From an uncultured virus (IMG/VR IMGVR_UViG_3300034118_000426) (taxonomy: Duplodnaviria; Heunggongvirae; Uroviricota; Caudoviricetes), in IMG/VR virus record IMGVR_UViG_3300034118_000426: 64,000 nucleotides of DNA; one strand, written 5' to 3'. The notes below the pieces were generated by a model. It worked only from the letters and a program-made list of their open reading frames with translations, did no database searches and had not been told where the DNA came from. Shown one piece after another: positions 18,310 to 27,300 of this stretch; the first letter of the stretch is position 1; each line of letters starts with the position of its first letter. The translations under genes were made by a program, and so were the position numbers.

Positions 18310-21300
18310 TCAAACCTCCACTATCCACCAACCTCTATTATCACTTGGTATCGTATTAACACCAGAAGAATCTGTATCTCCAACAAACATTAGACCAAAT
18401 CCAGCATTTGGAGTGTTAACTATTAACTCTCCGCCAGACCATCCACCAGTGCCACCTTGCGTTTTTTGAATATTTGTTCCGCCTTCAGATCTAATTTTTA
18501 GAGATACATTGTAATTCAAACTTCCCTGAATATCAATAAATCTAACCACATCTCCAGTTACACAATCAGAAGCCACAGGTAGATACAGAATTAGTTCGGA
18601 AGTAGGTCTGACCAAATATTGTGTATTTGGTTGTAGTCTTTGATTTGTAGCATTTAAATTTCCACTTTGGGCATCAATAGAAATAGTTCTTCTACCACCA
18701 TTTTTAGTATAGAAATTCTCTCTACCAAATGCTTGAATAGATCCATCCAATCTAATTCTAAATGGTTTATCATTATTAATACCGAGGTTTTCGACAGCAA
18801 ATACTGATGTAATTGCTGGAGCAGAAGTACTATATGTAGCATTAAGAGTTAATGTAGCGCCAGTTGCGGCAGATGATAATGGTTTACCAATTACTGTAGT
18901 ACCTAACTGTGCGTCTAAAGTTATGGTATTTGTTCCAGAAAGACCACTCTTAATAATAACATCATCTCCTGTAGTTAATGTTCCAGAAAGTCTCGTATTT
19001 CCAGAAGCACCTAATACTTCAAAGGCAATATCACTAGCGATATCCAACCTATTTTTGTCGAATACACCAGATGAGAAGAAAGAATCTTTAAATACCTGTA
19101 AATTTGCTCCATTATATAATCTGGTATTTCCAGTCGCACTTTCTACATATAATCTCGGAGCAGATCCATTAGTAATTACAAAATATTGTTTTGCTGGTAT
19201 AGTAGTGGAAGTATTTCCACTTAGTTCAATTGAATTATGTACTTTTAAATTACCACCACCCGATATAATATCAACACCGTTTAAACTAGAAGTGCTTGTA
19301 TCAGTTCCAATCGTGACATCGCCACGAGCAAATGTATCACCTGTTGTAGTAGTAACTTTAAAAGTTAATACCTTGCCAGCACCAATTCCTCCATTATTGA
19401 TTTCAAATGTTTGCGATTCATCTGGATTGATGCTAGAAATGGTTACAAATTCTTCATCCGCAGTATTTTTATCAATTCTTAATAAATCATTTATTTTAAA
19501 TGTTCCGCTAAATTCAGCAAGATTTATACTTGGTTGAACATCAGTAATACTAGATGGGAAAATATAAGTAGCATTTTCCGATTTATTTAATTTTACAACT
19601 TTAGATCCATCTGGGTGAGCAACAGCAGCTGTTCCATCTTGTCCTCTCAAAACTTCAACAGTATATGGATAAACAGAAGAAGGTAAGTTCGTTGTTCTAA
19701 CTATTTCCGTATTGATTAAGAAATATGTCCCAATTTCATTTATCCCAGATGGGTTGTTAATAGGTAGTGTTGTAAGAGTAGAACTGATTTCTGAAGCTCC
19801 ACCAGTGTCAATTAAAGTATCTTTTAATCTAAGTGTAGCATTACCAGGAGAAGTAGAACCAGATGCAAGATTAATAACAATGCCGCTACCACCACTTGTC
19901 GTTGAAAGAACTACTCCATTTAAATCGGCATTAACAACATAATATGTCGTAGTGGTGTTAACATTAGTAAAATTACCAGTATTTGTAAAGACTACCGAAT
20001 TACCCGACACGAGATAATTATTATTAATAACTAACTTAGTGGCTGGTGATGGATCTGTAACTGATAATACCGCAGTGATACTTTGAGATGAAGCAATATC
20101 TTCAACATATTCATAATAATCCACATTTAAATTAGAAGATGTTGCCCCATTGAATCCAGATAATTGTCCTTGATTATGGAACTTACCAAATCCTGTTCTA
20201 ATTACAGTACCAGTAGCAGAAGTTGAAGAAATCGTGCCACTTCCAGTAGTTGTATATGTAAATCTTGTTGTATTAACAACAGTAACATTAACAGTACCAA
20301 TGGTAGTGAACTGACTATTGCTACATACTATTCTAACAGGCATACCTGTAGTTAATCCATGTACCGCAGTAGTTGTTATTGTTGCGGTATTTCCAGTTCT
20401 AGAAACTTGAGAAATTTTAATAGTTCCTAATGTATTTCTAGTTGCTCCTACACTAGCATTTCTAAAACCACCATTTTGTTCAATATCACTTTCAAAAATT
20501 GTCTTGTTACTTACACGCAAACCATTCTTAATATAACTGATGCCAGCAGATCCACCAATTTCCACAATACCAGCAGTAGGACCAATCTTTAATGTAGTTA
20601 AATTCGATGGGAATAAAGTAAATTCTGTTGATGGAGTTGTAGCTAGAAGTTGTGTTCCCTTAATTTCAAGAGTTCCATCCAAAACAGTCTGATAATTTCT
20701 TACTCTAAAGATACTTTGAGAAGGATTGTTTATTGCTCCACCAAATGTAATGATTGAAGATGGGAAAGCATTTGGAGTTGCTGGGTTTGTAATCTGCGGA
20801 ACAACACCAATATTTACAATAGAGTTGTAACTATTGTTATGAACATTAAATGTGCCAGTAGCAGCAACACCAGTACCAATATTAACTGTCTGAGAGCTAG
20901 TTGTGGTATTGAATAGATTTGCTGTGGTGGCATTAGCACCAGCAGAGAACGTTAGAGCATTTGCTTCATTTGCGATATTAAATACTGCGTTTGTCGTGGT
21001 AATATCGCCACCATTAACTTCAATATCTGACTGGAATCTAAAGTCTCCAGTAATTCTACCATTTCCAGCGACAACCAGAGTTCTATCAAGATCTGCGTTG
21101 TTTACATTAATACCAACTCTACCGTTATTATTGGTAGAAATTCTTAGAGTAGCGGCAGCGGTGAGTGGGTTAGCACTATCGCCACCCACAACGAGTGCGT
21201 CATCTCTATTTGTTTGCGTCTTAGTTGTTCCAGTTTCAGTGAGATAAGAAAGAATCTTCTTGCCACTAATAAATGCTGTACCGACAACATCAAGGTTTGC

Positions 21301-24300
21301 TCTTGGTGTTGTTTCAGCAGAAACAAATGCTGTCTCATAGGCGCTATGAGCAGAACGTGCTACAGTGTTAATACCTAATTTATAATCACCAATTGTTTCC
21401 GTTTCTGTTCTAATCGCCTCAGACCCAAGAACACCAAACTCTTTAAATGCTGCTTTCGATTTCTCGATTACAATATTTGGTTGTGCTACCGCATCAACTG
21501 GGTATCCATTATTTGGAAGAGGAATAGCAGTGTAAAGTGGTAAGTTAGCATTAACAATAATATTAACAAAGTTATTGGTAGGAACAAATGGAATGCCAAC
21601 AGTACTATAAACAGGCCATACACCGTTGAGAGGAGCAAGAGCACCCGTAGCACCAGTAATACGAATTTGCGAAGAAGAAGAAATTTGTAACGCTGCGTTA
21701 GTAATGCCAACATTCCACGTCAATCTAACAATAGTACCAGAAGCTGCGCCCTGAATACCAATTATCTGAGCGTTAAATCCACCACCAGAACGATTCTCAA
21801 TACGAATGTAATCATTCGCATAGATCCATCCAAGAGATCCAGTGAATAAAGTTTGATTACCTTTTAATTGAATCAAACCTGATGCTAGAGGGAACTTAGT
21901 ACCAAAATCAGTATTTTGTAACTGCGAAGGACCGTTCGTAGTTAATCCAAATGTATTAGCAAGATCTGGCGTTCTATTAGATAGAGCCGTCATGATCTGA
22001 TAATCTTGTAATCCTCTTGGATTTAAATCAACAACTGTTGTTTGTAGTCTTCCTTGATGTAGGATGATATCGCCAGTTTTTTGTTGTGCGATATTTACTT
22101 CGAGGTATGGATCATAACCAACTACAGTTCCTTCTCCCGTTACAATCTTAAGTGATGGGAAATTCTCGACAGATCCAAATGCTGTAGTGTTATTGATTAC
22201 GATAGGAGCATTGAAGAAACTTTCTGCTCTGCCTTCAGAACCATTGACTGTAATAATTTCGTTAAATGTCACCGCAGTATCAAACGTGGTAACAAGACCA
22301 CCAATTACATCAGCTTCATCTGAAGATTCAACAAGTTTAGCAGACTCTAGGAATGTCTCTTCACCAGTAATAGCGTTGATCTTTCTGTTACCGATGTAAA
22401 GGTCACCGTTTGAGTTTAAACCAGTGTAGAAGACGATACCAGCGTCTTGCTTCTTCGCTTGAGCGTAGAAGTCCTGAACATCAGTAAGAATGATTTCCTG
22501 TCTTGCTGGGAAACCAGTTGAGTAGTTACCAGGACCGAATCCTAGATATTCAAATGTATGGTTACCAGAACGAGCGATGGATGGTCTGCGAAGTTCTACA
22601 TAAAGTTTTCCTTCTGTTGGATACTGAGAAGTTCCATTGATAGGAATTCTTCTACCTTCAGATCCAGCAGAAGCTGTACCAGACTGTGCCTGGATGGTAG
22701 ATGTACCGTTAAATGTGTATCCACCAGTTCCTGGATCTTGAACAAAATCAAGAACCATCTCTTTGGTCAAGCTATTCTTAGCATCGTTTACAGTTACCAG
22801 ACCATGAATGTAGTTGTCTGCGGTAGATACTGTTGGAGGTGGATCTGAAAGAGTTGTAGTTGTTAAATCTACACCCTTATACCATTCTGGATCATTCTTA
22901 TAGAACTCTGGATACAACTTAGAGATTGGTTGTGAGAACTTAAAGTTTCTGAAGTTTTCGCCAACACCCGAACCAGTTGGATATGGAGAAATATTACCTC
23001 TTACACAAGTCAAGTAATATACACCATCTTGCTGACCAGGAATTCTTCTACGAATGGTATTAATATCAAAAATGTAGAAAGTATTCTCCATATCAGAAAC
23101 ATCTTCCACACTAGCAATCGTGTAGGAAACACCATTGTCGTCATTTATTCTATCACCAGGAGTTAGTGTATAGACATTGGCACCTTCAACAACATATGGA
23201 TACTTGGTTATATCTGATCTACCATCATTTGGTTCACTAATGAGTGAAGCAGTTACTGAACCTTGTGTAAATATAGTGGGGGTGGTACTACTGTAATCAA
23301 GCACCGAGTTTCCTGTCAAATCTTTCAGGATCATGTAATAGTTATTTTCATACGCAAAATAACCATGTACATATCCACTACCAGAACAGTTGCCAGACCA
23401 AGATATTAAGTTAGTGCTGTTTGAATTAGGAATGCTTGAGACAAAGACACCATTACCACCTTCTGGTGAAGTAATTTTTACTGTAGTAAAAAGTTTTGTT
23501 TTGTAGGCTTCAGCATCAATTCCAATATCAAAAGCAGTTAATTGTAAATAATTTTTATTATTTACAGAAACTTTTCTTGCTGATTGAACCGTAAAAGCAA
23601 CTTTTGAAGTTGTCTCAAGTCTCTTCGGATTGCCAAAGGCAGATGGATCATATGTAGATACAAAATTTGGATTCAGTACAAGTTGCTCAGCAGTTGTGAG
23701 TCCAAGTCTTTCTCCCGATACTGGAGCGAGCAACGTTGCTGTATCTGCTCCTGTTGATGTTGGTTTAAGAAGAATTCTTTGTGGTAATAGTCTTCTCTTT
23801 TCATCTGTACGAATCTTAAATACGAATCCTCTGATTGGATCACGAACTGTCTTGAGATTCTTAGGAATAACATAACGAAGACGATATACTCTATCTTCCT
23901 TGGTTCTGTTATCCTCAATTCTTTCAAAGTATGAATCAGTGGTTCTCAATCTACCAGCATAATCCGACTGCTTCATTCTAGGAATGATCGTGTTGCCAGC
24001 AGATAGAGTTTCTAGATACCAACATCCATCAGTAGCAGCAGCACCAATCTTAGGATCATATCTCAGAGGAGATCTACGCTTATTAGAGAACGTATAGAAT
24101 ACCGCAGTGCTTCCTGGTTGGAAAGAAATAGGAGCAATGTTATCACGAGCGTTCGCAAATGTTTCGTGAATGGTAAATCTTCTAGCATTTACATAACGAA
24201 CGAAGTAAAGATTTTTGCCAGAAATAGTGGTTCCGCCAAACTGAGATGATAGTGTTGGTAGTGAAGATCCAGTAATATCAGACCCAACGCGGAAAAATAC

Positions 24301-27300
24301 TAACTGTGGTTCTACGTTTGTTGATGGTCTGTCAAAAGCATGTGGTCTATCAGTTTCAAGAATTGTGCTTGATCCAGAAGCAATCTTAGTCTGATATTGA
24401 TGTAAATCATAGTTAATGTCAAGAACATATTGATATACATCAATTTCTACGTTGGCATCAATACCATCTGTTTCAGACGAGTAGATGTAGATACCAGCAG
24501 CTGCGTTTTCTTCACTAGTTGCTAGTAATAGATTCTGTTGATTAGATCCGTTGAACGAACCAATCGTAGAATAATTAAATGGATCTGTAATTCTTCCAGG
24601 AGCAATAACATAATATACAGTATTTGTATCAAATCCTTTTGGCAGACGAATCAATCGTTTGTCTACATTAATACCAGATCTTGCTCTAGGTACAAGTCTG
24701 ACAGGAGTTCCTGTTTCTAACTGGTGTGGGTTGGAAGTAGGTAATCCATTGCTATCAGACTCTGTTAGAGTAAACAGCGTGGCTCTTTGTGCCAAAGCAC
24801 CTGTATTAATAGATGAGGCAACTCTAGGTACAGTCCCGATCCCACTATTAAGAATAGTAGATAGAATCTGATAGAAGTTAACAATCGTGCTTGCTGTAGA
24901 AGCACACTCGCCACCTGGAGCTCCAGTTGCTGGATCCCCAGCAGTCAAATAATTATAATCTTGTATTACACTAGAGTCGGTGGATGGTGTTAGTGTATTT
25001 GTCCAAACCCCTCGTGTAAATTCAACATAAAGATTAACATTTGTCGCCGTAGCAGTAGCATTTACTGTAGAACCAAAATCTAACTTACTACCTTGGGTTC
25101 CGAGTTGAATTTGGTTTGATGCTAATCCATTAACACCATCGCCAATCTTTTTAATATATGCGGTTGATGGAATTGTTGTTGTATATGCTATTGTGCTGCT
25201 AGAAGAAGTTGGAATCGCATTAACACTACGAACTCTCATACCAACAACAAGACCAACAGTGCTATTCACCGTAACGATTGGCGATCCAAATGTCGTGCTT
25301 GCGTTTGGAAGATATGTATTGTGATTTCTCATCGAAGAAATCGCCAAATCTCTCACATAACGATAAGCATCTAGAGTTTCTAGTTTTTCATTCTCAATGT
25401 AATCAAGTTGATTTCCAGTGTAATATGCTTCTGCTGCGTTAATTGTATTAACGTTTCCGCCCAATCTTAGGTCAGAAGTGATAGCTTCTACAATGTATCC
25501 AATGTCACGCTTACACTTGCTTGATTCACTTACCTGTGACCAAGGACCAGGATTTCTAACAGGAAGATTATTCAAATTACCAGCAAGAATAGTGCTAGTG
25601 ATGATATTTGTTAGAGTATCAATCGTCTGTCTTACGTTAGCACAATCCCAATCTCCATTATCTACAGCAGGAAGACCAGAAATACTACCCGCATTAACAA
25701 CGCTAGTAACAATTGAGAATAGAGAATCTACTGCTGATTGTACATCTGTACAAGTAGCACCGTTACCAGAGGCATTGTAGGAAACATTGCCACCAGAACC
25801 ACCAGCAGTTGCTGGACCAGTTGATAAAGCAAGATTCTTTGTATAAAGTTGATTGGTAAGAGCTCTCTTACACCAATCTCTTGCCTTATTAAAAGCAACA
25901 ACAGATTCTGCCGATTCGCCAACTAATCCATTGGAAATTGGTGTACCTGCTTGCGTGAAATACTCTCTTACAGCACCAACAGTGAACTCGTTTCCACCCC
26001 AGAAGAGGTCTTGTGCGATAGAGTCAACGATGTAACCAATATCACGCTTACACTTAGTTTCTCCAGCTGGAATAACAGTAGAAACTTGTTCAGGAGCAAG
26101 ATTTGTAATGTTTCCTGCGCTTAAATTAGAAGTAACAATAAAAGTAAGACTGTCAATTGCTAATCTTACGTCAGCACACGAATTAGGACTTGTGTTTGGG
26201 ATGTTACCACCAGTTCCGCTATAGTTTGCTGGTCCAGAAGTAATGGTAGCATCTTTGATTGTTAATTGATTGGTCAGCGCATCTTTCATCAAATTACGAG
26301 CTTTTACAAAAGCAACGTTTGACTGATCAATTTCCCCCGCCAGTCCATTTGGAAGTAGTGTGGTGGCATTGGTAAAATATTGTTGGAGGAATTTGCGTGT
26401 ATATACGTTGCCAGCACCCTGAGAAATATCTAGAGAAACAGCATCAATAAAGAATTCAATATCACGCTTACACTTATCTGGATCTGGATTTGTAAAACTA
26501 GGATACTGAATGGCAATTTCTGCGTATGCTCCATCCACAATCTCTTGCTTATTTTGTTGAATTAAACGATAAGCATCTTTGTAACGAGAGATTGATGTTG
26601 TTTGAGGATCTCCAGGATAGTAAAAATCTGGGAATTGAACAGCAATTTCAGCAGCTGCTCTATCAATAATTTCCTGTCTGTTGGCAGTAATTAATTTGCT
26701 ACCATCCTTAAATCTACCAACATTTGCGTCATCATTTACTGGATCAATCGTAATTGTTGAGACGTAAATAGCACCAGTGGCATTTGTTACTCCAGGAGCT
26801 GTTGGTACGGTATATCTAAACTGAGTGCTTGTTAATCCAGCAGAAAGAACCTGAAATTTTCCATTAAATGCTGTTTGTGTAGCACCACCAACAGTTACAA
26901 ATTGGTTTGGTTGTAGATTATGTGGTGTGAGAGTTGTTACAGTAATAGTTGTACCAGAAGCAGAAAGTGTTGGAGTATTAAGAAGTGATGTATTTGTTAA
27001 TAAGTTTGAAATTGCTTTCTTTGACCAATCTTTGGCTCTGTTAAAAGCAAATACCGATTGAGTTTCTTCACCAGCGAGACCATTTGTAAGTGGTTGACCA
27101 GAAGAATTGAAATACGCTCTAGTAGCGTCAATCATATTGGAGTTGCCACCAGTGTACAAATCATTGGCAATGGCATCTACAATATAACCAATATCTCTCT
27201 TACACTTTTCGTTGGCATTTCCTCCCCCAGGAACAGTAAATGCTGGGAAAGCAGTTTGCATTTGTGAAAACGCATAATCAATAATTTCTTGGCGGTTTGC